Of a stretch of DNA of 64,000 nt, positions 43,559-53,468 are shown piece after piece. Made by a program: the position numbers and the translations under genes. Positions within the stretch are counted from its first letter, which is position 1; each line of letters starts with the position of its first letter. This stretch comes from Myxococcota bacterium (GTDB lineage Bacteria; Myxococcota_A; UBA9160; SZUA-336). Location: contig CBDFGR010000002.1 in the NCBI GenBank assembly GCA_965247115.1, forward strand, positions 1,120,001 to 1,184,000, read 5' to 3'. The notes beneath the pieces were generated by a model. That model ran no database searches, was not told the origin of the DNA, and was given only the letters and a program-made list of their open reading frames with translations.

Positions 43559-44830
43559 ATCCGCGAGCTCCCACCCACTTCGACCCGGGGCTGGCGCTCC
43601 GCGGTCGCGTCGCTGTCGAACGTCCAGTTCCGCTGGCTCTATTCCAGCAACATGGCCTTCTTCTTCGCGATGAGCGGGCAGGGCCTGGTTCGCTCCTGGC
43701 TGGCCTTCGAGCTGACCGGTAGCGAGCTGGCGCTCGGTCTCATGGGCGCGGCGGTGGCCGCCCCCATGCTCCTGGTCGCGCCCGTCGGGGGCGTGATCGC
43801 GGATCGCCTCGAGCGCCGCAACTTGATCCTCGCCGGACAGGCATTGGTGGTCGCGACCGAGCTCGGGATCCTGCTGCTCCTCATCGCCGGCGCGCTTGAG
43901 TTCTGGCACCTCCTCGCGGCCGCTACGCTGATGGGCTGCGTGTTCCCGTTCATCATGCCTGCGCGTCAGGCGATCGTCGTGAACATCGTCGGCAAAGTCG
44001 GGCTCCCGAACGCCATGGCGCTACACATGGGCGGTATGAATGCCTCCCGCGTCGTCGGTCCCGCCTCCGCCGGCTTACTGATCGGCGCGCTCGGCATCGA
44101 GGGAACCTACATCATGGGCCTCGGCCTCTACCTCGTCGGGGTCGGGTGCATGCTCCGGGTCCATCGCTCCCACCCGATCGGGGTCTCGGGACCCCTCGCC
44201 ATCGGCGAGGACATGCTCGACGGTCTGCGCTATCTGGGGCAGCAGCGGCAGGTCGCCGTGCTGCTCCTGTTCGGACTGGTACCGATGTTCCTGGCGATGC
44301 CCTTTCAGACGCTGCTGGTGGTCTTCGCCACGGAGGTCTGGGACGAGGGCCCCACAGGCCTGGGCATCCTCAGCGCCGTCGCGGGGACGGGAGGCGTCCT
44401 GGGCTCCGTCATCCTCGCCTGGCAGGGACCCACGAATCGCAGGCTCAGGCAGATGATGACGAGCGTGCTCCTCTTCGGCTCGTTCCTGCTCCTGTTCTCG
44501 GTCTCGCCCTACTTTCTGCTCGCGCTGCCATTGGTCTTCATTGCCAACATTTTTGGCAGTATCTTCTCTACAGTGAACAACACCGCGATCCAGCTGATCA
44601 TTCCAGATCATGTCCGAGGTCGAATCTCGAGCTTCCTCATGATGTCGTTCTCGCTGCCGCTGTTGGGAACGCTGCCGCTGAGCGCAGTCGCCGAGATCTA
44701 CGGCGCGCCACTCGCTGTTGGACTGTCTTCTCTCCTCGCGATGGGCGTTGCCCTCATCTTTTACGCTGCAAGCCCTGCGCTCCGGAACCTGGACCGGGGG
44801 GTGCGCCGGGCGCTCGAGGAGGGATCGTGA
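43559..44830 (+). CDS. MFS transporter (DHA3/EntS-like); start uncertain (ATC 43559 or ATG 43652)
   Basis: GGVIADRLERR, PARQA, RVVGPA, RGRISS. Homologous-looking ASLSNVQFRWLY lies in frame upstream of the first ATG. Confidence 0.85.
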   Translation: MRELPPTSTRGWRSAVASLSNVQFRWLYSSNMAFFFAMSGQGLVRSWLAFELTGSELALGLMGAAVAAPMLLVAPVGGVIADRLERRNLILAGQALVVATELGILLLLIAGALEFWHLLAAATLMGCVFPFIMPARQAIVVNIVGKVGLPNAMALHMGGMNASRVVGPASAGLLIGALGIEGTYIMGLGLYLVGVGCMLRVHRSHPIGVSGPLAIGEDMLDGLRYLGQQRQVAVLLLFGLVPMFLAMPFQTLLVVFATEVWDEGPTGLGILSAVAGTGGVLGSVILAWQGPTNRRLRQMMTSVLLFGSFLLLFSVSPYFLLALPLVFIANIFGSIFSTVNNTAIQLIIPDHVRGRISSFLMMSFSLPLLGTLPLSAVAEIYGAPLAVGLSSLLAMGVALIFYAASPALRNLDRGVRRALEEGS

Positions 44831-45465
44831 TCATCACCATCTCGCGTCAGTACGCATGTGGAAGTACAGAGATCGCGCAACTGGTGGCCGACGTGCTCGG
44901 CTGGAACGTGGTCGACAACCGCTTCGTCGAAGAGGTCGGCGCCCGCGCGGACCTCCCACCCGAAGAGGTTGCGCTCCATGAGGAACGGGCGCCGACCTTC
45001 GTAGAGCGCTTCGCGCGCTCTACCGCCCTGGCGTCCCCCGAGCTCTTCCTGCCGGCCACCGGCGCGCTCGAGGAGTTCGGAGAGGACAAGCTGATCAAGA
45101 TCACCCGCAGCCTCGTCGCCGAGCTCGCGGTCGAGGGACGCGTCGTCATCGTGGGAAGGGCGGGCGCCGCCGTCCTGGAGACGAAAGAGGGCGTCATGCA
45201 CACGCGCCTCGTCGCGCCCCGTGAGGTTCGGATCCGCCGGGCGATCGAGCGTGCGGGCCACGCCCCCGCCGAGGCGCCGCGCATCGTGGACGAGTGGGAC
45301 CGGAACCGGCAGCGCTACTACAGGGAATACTACGATCGGGACTGGAACGATCCGGCGATCTACCACATGGTTCTGAACACCGGGGTGCTCGGGTTCCAGG
45401 GCGCCGCGGACCTGATCGTGTCGCACGCGCGCGCGCTGGGTTGGTGCGAAGCGGGGGGGAGTTGA
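44827..45465 (+). CDS. Cytidylate kinase-like family protein
   Basis: IITISRQYACG, VIVGRAG, YHMVLNT. Confidence 0.87.
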   Translation: MIITISRQYACGSTEIAQLVADVLGWNVVDNRFVEEVGARADLPPEEVALHEERAPTFVERFARSTALASPELFLPATGALEEFGEDKLIKITRSLVAELAVEGRVVIVGRAGAAVLETKEGVMHTRLVAPREVRIRRAIERAGHAPAEAPRIVDEWDRNRQRYYREYYDRDWNDPAIYHMVLNTGVLGFQGAADLIVSHARALGWCEAGGS

Positions 45466-47063
45466 TGACGAGGGTCGGGATCTATGGCTGGGGAATCGTG
45501 GCGCCACGCTCACCGAACGTGGAGGCCTTTGCCGCGAACCTGGAGAGCTCCGACAGCTGGCTCTCCCCCTTCGACGGCTTCGGCCCGAGCACGTTCCTCG
45601 CAGGCGAGCCGGAGTTCGACTTCGCAACCTACCGCCCCTGGATCGACGAGCGCTTTCCCGCCAGCAAGTTCCCGCAGCTCGAGCAGAAGATGGGGATGAT
45701 GATCCAGTACGGGCTTGGCGCGTTCATCCAGGCCCTGGGACAAAATCCTGGACTCGAGCAGACGCTGCAGGAGCTCGGCACGGAGACGCAAATCCTGATC
45801 GGAACGGGCTTGGGTCAGCTCCCGACGGACTACGACTGCAGCATCGAGCTCTACCGGGCGCAGCGGCGCTGGGATCGCTTCTGGGCCGACGCCTCGCGCA
45901 ACTCGGACAGGAACCGCTACGAGGGGCTCGACGCCAGCGGCCGGCGCAGCCTGCAGGAGGAGTGGAACATACCGGCGGATCCCGCCAGCGCCGAAGCGTC
46001 CGCGCACGACGTAGAGGAGCGCGAGGATCTCGAGGCAGAATGGAACGCCTTCTGGCTGCGCCGCTCCGACGGGCTCGCCGAGTACCTGCAGGCCTTCAAC
46101 GAGATCGAGTCGGAGGGCGTGGTGGGCGCCGTCGAGCGGGGGAAGCTCGGACTCATCCGCCGCAAGCGAGCCGCGCTGGATCGACTGCAGAGCAAGTGGA
46201 GCTGTCCCACGCCTCCCTGGCTGTCCGTCTCTCCCGACCTGCTCTGGAACATCTCCAACATCCCGGCTGCGCAGATCTCGATGCTGGGACGCCTCACGGG
46301 CCCGGCCTACGCGCCCGTTGCCGCCTGCTCGAGCTTCGGCGTGGGCCTGGACCTGGGCCGCCGGGCGATCCAGTCAGGGGTCGCAAAAGCGGTTGTCGTG
46401 GGCGCGACGGATCCGCCGCCGCACCCGCTCACCGTGGGCGCCTTCTACAGGGCCAACGTGCTGGCCGCGAACCGCAGCGCCTCGGTCCCGATGACCGACC
46501 TGCGCGGCACTCACGTGGCGGGCGGCGCCTGCGTCTGGATCCTGGGCGATCGGGACTACATGAGCGCGCGCGGCTACCAGCCGCTAGGCCTAGAGATCCT
46601 CGGGACGGGCGTTACCTCCGACGCCGACCACATCATCACGCCGTCCGAGAGGGGTCCCCAGGAGGCCATGCAGGCGGCACTCGCGAGTGCCGGGGTCGAC
46701 GACGTCTCGGAGCTCGGGTCCTGGGACCTGCATGCCACGGGCACCCCTGGCGACTTTCGCGAGGTCGCGAATCTCAAGGAGATCCTGCCGGAGGTGGTCG
46801 CAATCACGGCGCGCAAAGGCACCTTCGGGCACGGCATGTCGGTGGGCGGTGGCTGGGAGCTGACGGCCCAGCACCTTGGGCTGGTGAACGGACAACTCTT
46901 CCCATCGCCTCTCACCGCGGAAACGCTGAATGCCGAGATCGGCGCGCTGCCCTTCCGCTACGTGCTCAGCGCCTCCCAGCCTGAGTCCGGCAGCATCGCC
47001 GGAAAGCTCTCGATGGGGATCGGCGGGATCAACGCCTGCGTCATCTCGCGCCGCTGGTCATGA
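45465..47063 (+). CDS. Stand-alone beta-ketoacyl synthase (FabB/FabF-like) with large insertion
   Basis: Cys-His-His triad AACSS, LHATGT, KGTFGH; C-terminal SMGIGGIN. Confidence 0.85.
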   Translation: MTRVGIYGWGIVAPRSPNVEAFAANLESSDSWLSPFDGFGPSTFLAGEPEFDFATYRPWIDERFPASKFPQLEQKMGMMIQYGLGAFIQALGQNPGLEQTLQELGTETQILIGTGLGQLPTDYDCSIELYRAQRRWDRFWADASRNSDRNRYEGLDASGRRSLQEEWNIPADPASAEASAHDVEEREDLEAEWNAFWLRRSDGLAEYLQAFNEIESEGVVGAVERGKLGLIRRKRAALDRLQSKWSCPTPPWLSVSPDLLWNISNIPAAQISMLGRLTGPAYAPVAACSSFGVGLDLGRRAIQSGVAKAVVVGATDPPPHPLTVGAFYRANVLAANRSASVPMTDLRGTHVAGGACVWILGDRDYMSARGYQPLGLEILGTGVTSDADHIITPSERGPQEAMQAALASAGVDDVSELGSWDLHATGTPGDFREVANLKEILPEVVAITARKGTFGHGMSVGGGWELTAQHLGLVNGQLFPSPLTAETLNAEIGALPFRYVLSASQPESGSIAGKLSMGIGGINACVISRRWS

Positions 47064-47104
47064 AATCAGCTCCTCTTCGCGCTGGACCCGGTATCATTCC
47101 CCAC

Positions 47105-47353
47105 GTGCTGCCCCGTCTGGCCCTCGCGAGCGTGATCCTGCTTACAGGCTGCTTCCTCTGGGGAGGAGGCGAGGAGGAGCCGCGCAAGCGAACGGTCCTG
47201 TTCAGCGGCGGCGAAGAGGTCGAGGTCGTCGAGAGCCCGGGGCCCTGCCAGTGGGAGGGCCGCGCACACAGCGTGCGGACCAGGCGTTGTGACGAGGGGA
47301 CGTCCCGGGAGTGCCTCGAGGACGGCATCTGGCGCGTCACGGGGACCTGCTAG
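47105..47353 (+). CDS. Small Cys-containing lipoprotein
   Basis: LLTGC lipobox and four further Cys; start could be 47060. Confidence 0.55.
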   Translation: MLPRLALASVILLTGCFLWGGGEEEPRKRTVLFSGGEEVEVVESPGPCQWEGRAHSVRTRRCDEGTSRECLEDGIWRVTGTC

Positions 47354-47356
47354 CGC

Positions 47357-48169
<813 letters not shown>

Positions 48170-48276
48170 GCTCGCACCCCAGGATCTTGGAGCAGCATGC
48201 GCCTCTGCGAGGGCGCCGAGCGTCTGCTACGGTCCTACAAGACTCGGGTGATCGCCCGAGCAAGGGGGGAGAGCAC

Positions 48277-48771
48277 ATGCTTGGCTGGCTACGTCGCTTC
48301 TCAGCGGTTTTCGTTCTCGTCGGCTTCGTTCCCGTCGCCACGACGAGCTGCTTCGGGACGTTCCAGCTCACGAGGAACCTCTACCAATTCAATCAAGAGG
48401 TGAATCCCGACAAGTGGATCCAGTGGTTCGTATTCCTGGTGCTCAGTATCAGCTACGGCCTGGCCTTCGTGATCGATGCTGTGGTCGCGAACTCCATGGA
48501 GTTCTGGAGCGGCCAGAACCCCATCACAGCCGACGCTGGGAGCGTGAAGGTGGTGAGAGGACCCAAGGGGGAAGTCGCCACGTTCACGTGGACGGAGGAG
48601 GGAACGGTGAACGTCGTCGTCGAGGGCGTGGCACCGGAGCCGCTCCACCTGACGCTCCGCACGGAGGCAAGGTCGCTCGGGGCCTGGGACGACGAGGGCA
48701 ACCTGCTCGCTCGCGTGACCGACGTCGGCGGCCAGCCCATGCTCGTCGGAGGCTCGGCGCTCGGGCGCTAG
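48277..48771 (+). CDS. DUF3332-like lipoprotein/membrane protein
   Basis: SCFGTFQLTR..Y.FN, DAVVANSMEFWSGQNP. Confidence 0.8.
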   Translation: MLGWLRRFSAVFVLVGFVPVATTSCFGTFQLTRNLYQFNQEVNPDKWIQWFVFLVLSISYGLAFVIDAVVANSMEFWSGQNPITADAGSVKVVRGPKGEVATFTWTEEGTVNVVVEGVAPEPLHLTLRTEARSLGAWDDEGNLLARVTDVGGQPMLVGGSALGR

Positions 48772-48937
48772 TCTCAGCGCAGTATTCGCGACCGCCCTCG
48801 ATCGGTACGTGTCCTGCGGCGCGCTCCACCACGTCGGCACGAGCGCAGCCCGACTATACTGCCGGGAGTTCCTGTTGAACTCGGATGGACGCTGGCCGCA
48901 TCATGGTCGCCAGGTGAGAGCAGGTCATCGCCGCAAC

Positions 48938-50752
48938 ATGGGAAACGAGGTCGGGGGGTTTGGGGGGCAAGCCGGGCGTATCGTCCCGCGCCGAACCATC
49001 AGCCAGGAACAGGACGTCGAGAGCCTCGATGTGTGGGGGTTTCGCGACAGTGCCTTCCGTATCAATGCGCTGGGCCATGTCGAGCTCACCGGCGCGCGCT
49101 ACGCGCTGAGCGGTCAGCAGCTGCCAGAGCTGCTGCCCTGGGTGCGCAGGACCATTGGGCTGGAGCTCGATCCACGCGACACCCATCCTTCGCAGTACCC
49201 GCCCGCCGTACCGCCCTCGCGCGCGAAGCCCGAGCTCACCGAGGAGCTGCGGAAGCTCCTCGGTCTTGACGCGGTCTCCGAAGAGCCGCTGCTCCGACTC
49301 CGCCACGCGCACGGACACACGCAGCAGGAGATGTACGCGATCAAGTACGGCGGGCTGGAGCGCGTTCCGGATCTGGTCGTCTTCCCTGGCCGCGAGGAAC
49401 AGGTCCTGGCGCTCGTGGAGCTCGCGACCACGCATGACGTTTGCCTCATCCCCTTCGGAGGCGGCACGAACGTGACCGAGGCCCTGCGCTGCCCCGCGCA
49501 CGACGAACGCACGATCGTCTCCGTCGATATGCGGCGTATGAACAGGATCTTGTGGATCGATCCGGAGAACCACGTCGCGCGCATCGAGGCAGGGGCCGTA
49601 GGGCGCGACATCGTCGCACAGCTCGAGAGCTTCGGCTTCACGATGGGCCACGAGCCCGATTCCATCGAGCTCTCCACGCTTGGCGGCTGGGTAGCAACCC
49701 ACGCCAGCGGGATGAAGAAGAACCGCTACGGGAACATCGAGGAGCTCGTGCTCGACGTGAACGTGGTCACGCCTCGCGGTCTGCTGTCGCGCTCGAGCGT
49801 CGCGCCCCGAGAATCGGTCGGAGCCGACCCACGTCGCTGGCTGCTCGGCTCGGAGGGAACTCTCGGCATCATCACGAGCGCAGCGGTCAAGATCTTCCCC
49901 ACGCCCGAGGTACAGCGCTACGGCTCCATCGCGTTCCCGAGCTTCTCCGCTGGAGTCGCCTTCATGTTCGAGCTGACACGCGAGGGGTCGCCGCCCGCCA
50001 GCGTTCGCCTGGTCGACAACCTGCAGTTCCAGTTCGGCCAGGTGCTCAAGCCGAGGGTGGAGGGCTGGCGCGCGCTCAGGAGCAGAGCCGAACGCTGGTT
50101 CGTGACGCGTGTGCGCGGCTTCGATCCAGATTCGATGGTCGCCTGCACGCTTGTCTTCGAGGGGCATGCGAGCGACGTCCGCGTACAGGAGAAGAGCGTC
50201 TACCGGATCGCGTCGCGCCACGGCGGCATGAAAGCCGGGAGCGAGAACGGCGAGCGCGGCTACCAGCTGACCTTCGGCATCGCGTACATCCGCGACTTCG
50301 TGATGAACCACTACATCCTCGGCGAATCTTTCGAGACCTCCGTCCCGTGGAGCCAGGTCGCCTCCCTGTGCGACAACGTGAAGCGGCGCCTGCGCGACGA
50401 GTACGAACAGCGGGGACTGCCCGGCAAGCCCTTCCTGACCTGCCGGATCACGCAGATCTACGAGACCGGTGCATGCGTGTACTTCTATTTCGCCTACTAC
50501 CACAAGGGCGTGGACCGACCGAGTGAGGTCTACGCCGAGATGGAACGAGCGGCCCGAGACGAGATCCTCCGCTCCGGCGGCTCTCTTTCTCACCATCACG
50601 GAGTGGGCAAGCTGCGCCAGGAATTCCTGCCAGAGATCATGTCGCCGGCTGCACTCGAGTGGACCCAGGAGCTCAAGCGAGCGATCGACCCGCAGAACAT
50701 CTTTGGATGCGCGAATCAACAGCCTCGCGGCGCAGGCGGAATCGAGCCTTGA
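48938..50752 (+). CDS. agps: Alkyl-dihydroxyacetonephosphate synthase (FAD-linked)
   Basis: WGFRDS, HAHGHT, IPFGGGT, GHEPDS.ELSTLGGW, ASGMKKNRYGNIE, GSEGTLG, ESFETS, RITQIY, SHHHGVGK. Confidence 0.92.
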   Translation: MGNEVGGFGGQAGRIVPRRTISQEQDVESLDVWGFRDSAFRINALGHVELTGARYALSGQQLPELLPWVRRTIGLELDPRDTHPSQYPPAVPPSRAKPELTEELRKLLGLDAVSEEPLLRLRHAHGHTQQEMYAIKYGGLERVPDLVVFPGREEQVLALVELATTHDVCLIPFGGGTNVTEALRCPAHDERTIVSVDMRRMNRILWIDPENHVARIEAGAVGRDIVAQLESFGFTMGHEPDSIELSTLGGWVATHASGMKKNRYGNIEELVLDVNVVTPRGLLSRSSVAPRESVGADPRRWLLGSEGTLGIITSAAVKIFPTPEVQRYGSIAFPSFSAGVAFMFELTREGSPPASVRLVDNLQFQFGQVLKPRVEGWRALRSRAERWFVTRVRGFDPDSMVACTLVFEGHASDVRVQEKSVYRIASRHGGMKAGSENGERGYQLTFGIAYIRDFVMNHYILGESFETSVPWSQVASLCDNVKRRLRDEYEQRGLPGKPFLTCRITQIYETGACVYFYFAYYHKGVDRPSEVYAEMERAARDEILRSGGSLSHHHGVGKLRQEFLPEIMSPAALEWTQELKRAIDPQNIFGCANQQPRGAGGIEP

Positions 50753-50765
50753 GCCCGAGCCGGCC

Positions 50766-53468
50766 GTGAGCCCCCCGACGCAAGCCAGGGAGTTCCTGCT
50801 CACCGGTGTCACCGGATTCCTGGGCAAGGTCGTGCTGTCCGAGCTGTTGCGCCGGCGCGAAGAGCTCGAGCTCGAGACCGTTCACGTCCTGATCCGACCG
50901 GGGCACGGGACCTCTGCAGAGCAGCGCTTTCAGCGCCGCGTCCTGAGCTCGGCCTGCTTTTCCGAGCTGCCCGTCGGCTGGCAGGACCACGTGCGGCCCG
51001 TGTCGGGCGACCTGTCGCTCGACAGCTGCGGGCTAACGGACGAGCGGCGCGCCGAGCTACTGCACCGCGTAACCCACGTCATCCACTGCGCGGCCTCCAT
51101 CGACTTCGATCTCCCGCTTGCCGAAGCGGCCGGGGCGAATATCACCAGCAGCTTGAACGTGCTCCAGCTCGCCAGAACCTGTGAGCGGCTGGAATCGATG
51201 CTTTCGGTGTCGACCGCCTACGTGACCCCGAGCACGCGAGGAGTGGGGACCGTACACGAGCGGCTGGCGCAGCTCCCGCGGCCCGCGGCGTCGATCTACG
51301 AGGACATCCTGAACGACAAGATCAGCCAGGAGGACCTGCTCGACGAGACCGACCAGCCGAACTGCTACACGCTCACCAAGTGTCTGGCGGAGCACCTGCT
51401 CTGGGAGCAGCGCGGGGACGTGCGGCTCACGATCGTTCGACCCAGCATCATCTCCGCCTGCTGGCGCTATCCGTTCGCGGGCTGGATCGACAGCCACGCT
51501 GCGTTCGCCGTCTTCGTGACGATGGTGGGCGCGGGTCAGCTGCGGGCCATCGTGGCCGAGCCGGCAGCGCGCATGGACATCGTGCCGTGCGACGAGGTGG
51601 CCACGCGCATCATCGATGGAAGCGTGTCGAATGGCGCGAGCGCGGAGCCCCGGATCATCCACGCCACAGCGGGCATCGAGAACTGCTCCCGCGTCGACAC
51701 GTGCCGCGACGTGATCACCGAATTCTTTGCACGCCAATGGATCGCGCGGCGGCCAAAGGTCACGTACCTCGGCCCGAAATGCCTGCAGTTCCGCCTGCGC
51801 GACTGGTTCCACCACCGGCTGCGCGCGGCGACGGCATGGCTCTGGTACGGGCTGACCGGGCAGCTGCACCTGCGACGCCGGGTCCGGAGCCTGGTGGAGC
51901 GCCTCGACTACCTGAACCGCGTGTTCCCGTACTTCACCCAGCGGACCTTCGACTTCCACTCCTCGGCGCCGCTGGACCGCGCGTCGTTTGACGCAACGGC
52001 TTATCTGCGGGCCGTATGTCGGGGCGTGAATCACCACCTGCTGCGGCGAGACGAGAGCGAGACGAGCTTTGCCGGCCGTCTCCACCAGGGCGTGCGCAGC
52101 GACCTGCGCTGGGTCGTCACACAGCCGCGGGGAAACTGGGTGGTGCGCGCTGCGGCGTACCTGGTCACAAAGGCGCTTCGAAGGTGCGCGGACCGCTTCA
52201 CCGTCGACCTGCCCGCCTTCGAGGCCGCTCGCACGGCGGCAGGCGACCGCCCGCTGGTGATCATTCCGTCGCACCGCAGCTACATGGACTTCGTGCTCTG
52301 CTCGTTCCTGTTCTTTGCGCGGCCCGATCTCGAGATCCCGATCCCCCGCATCGCCGCGACGGATGACTTCGCGCGCATCCCCGTACTGGGTCGGCTGTTC
52401 ACCAAGCTCGGGGCGTTCTACCTGACACGCGGGCTCGGGGCGGAAGACACCGAGCTCACGCGGAAGGTGCGTGCGCTCACCAGCAGCGGGGAAACGCTCC
52501 AGTTCTTCATCGAGGGCAGCCGCAGCCGCTCCAGGCAGTTTCTGCCGCCGCGGCGAGGCCTGCTGCGCTGCCTGCAGGGGACGGGTGACGCCCACGCGAT
52601 CCTGCCGGTAGCGTTCACCTACGACCACGTGCCCGAAGAGGCCGCCTTTGTGGAGGAGCTCGAGGGCGCTCCCAAGCCGAAGATGCGTCTGCGCCCTCTG
52701 CTCGGCTGGACGCTTCGCCTGTTCGGGAGAGGGATCGACCTGGGGCGTATCCACGTAAGCTGCGCCCAACCGGTCCTGATCGACAAGACGAGCGACGTGC
52801 ACTCGGTGAGTCGCCGCGTGATCGCCGCGCTGCGAAGCGAGACGGCGACCACGACGCATCAGCTGCGCTGCTTCCTCGCGCACAATCCGATCGAGGGTGT
52901 CGACCTGCCCTGGCTGCGGAACAGCGTCCTCGCGCGTGGGTCTCAGGTCCTCACGAGCGACCTCACGAACGAGGAGCAGGTCAGTCCCTTGATCGAGCGC
53001 TGCATGCGCTACGACTGGACGCACGTGTTCTACCCCGAACTCGTGCATGCGTTTCCCGAGCACCCCGTCGTGCGCTCTCACGTGCGAAGGAACGGCCCCG
53101 TCCCCGAACGGCCGGGTGACCCGCAGGTCGAGCCTGACTCGAGGCTCCGGCACCTGTTGCTCGAGCTTCTCGAGCCGCTGTGTCGCGACTACCTCACCGT
53201 CGTCGCCTCGCTCGGATCTCCTTCCGCCACGCCCGCGGTTCCCTCCGCACAGGAACTCGTGCGCCAGTCGCCAGACTCGCACCTGCCCTCGCTCGAGGAA
53301 GCCTTCGAAGACCTGGTGGAGCGCCAGATTCTCCGGCGCGACGCGGCTCTAGGCGAGGGCTACGTATGGGGATCGCGAGCGTCCGACCTCGCGGACTACA
53401 GGAAGGCGTGCGCCTGGCCCGGGCTCTCCGTGCAGGCGGCGGAAGGCTCGATCGCGCGGCAAGGCTAG
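50766..53468 (+). CDS. Fatty acyl-CoA reductase fused to a DHAP/glycerol-3-phosphate acyltransferase (FARAT-like)
   Basis: N-terminal TGVTGFLGK, HCAAS, VSTAYV, YTLTK, RPSII; C-terminal HxxxxD (HRSYMD), GAFYL.R, FFIEGSRSR. Confidence 0.9.
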   Translation: MSPPTQAREFLLTGVTGFLGKVVLSELLRRREELELETVHVLIRPGHGTSAEQRFQRRVLSSACFSELPVGWQDHVRPVSGDLSLDSCGLTDERRAELLHRVTHVIHCAASIDFDLPLAEAAGANITSSLNVLQLARTCERLESMLSVSTAYVTPSTRGVGTVHERLAQLPRPAASIYEDILNDKISQEDLLDETDQPNCYTLTKCLAEHLLWEQRGDVRLTIVRPSIISACWRYPFAGWIDSHAAFAVFVTMVGAGQLRAIVAEPAARMDIVPCDEVATRIIDGSVSNGASAEPRIIHATAGIENCSRVDTCRDVITEFFARQWIARRPKVTYLGPKCLQFRLRDWFHHRLRAATAWLWYGLTGQLHLRRRVRSLVERLDYLNRVFPYFTQRTFDFHSSAPLDRASFDATAYLRAVCRGVNHHLLRRDESETSFAGRLHQGVRSDLRWVVTQPRGNWVVRAAAYLVTKALRRCADRFTVDLPAFEAARTAAGDRPLVIIPSHRSYMDFVLCSFLFFARPDLEIPIPRIAATDDFARIPVLGRLFTKLGAFYLTRGLGAEDTELTRKVRALTSSGETLQFFIEGSRSRSRQFLPPRRGLLRCLQGTGDAHAILPVAFTYDHVPEEAAFVEELEGAPKPKMRLRPLLGWTLRLFGRGIDLGRIHVSCAQPVLIDKTSDVHSVSRRVIAALRSETATTTHQLRCFLAHNPIEGVDLPWLRNSVLARGSQVLTSDLTNEEQVSPLIERCMRYDWTHVFYPELVHAFPEHPVVRSHVRRNGPVPERPGDPQVEPDSRLRHLLLELLEPLCRDYLTVVASLGSPSATPAVPSAQELVRQSPDSHLPSLEEAFEDLVERQILRRDAALGEGYVWGSRASDLADYRKACAWPGLSVQAAEGSIARQG

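Noticed and set aside
48854..53282. Long antisense ORFs (657 and 741 aa), and others such as 34695-36749 and 42329-43909
   Set aside because: Shadow ORFs expected from high-GC codon bias opposite well-supported genes; no motifs.
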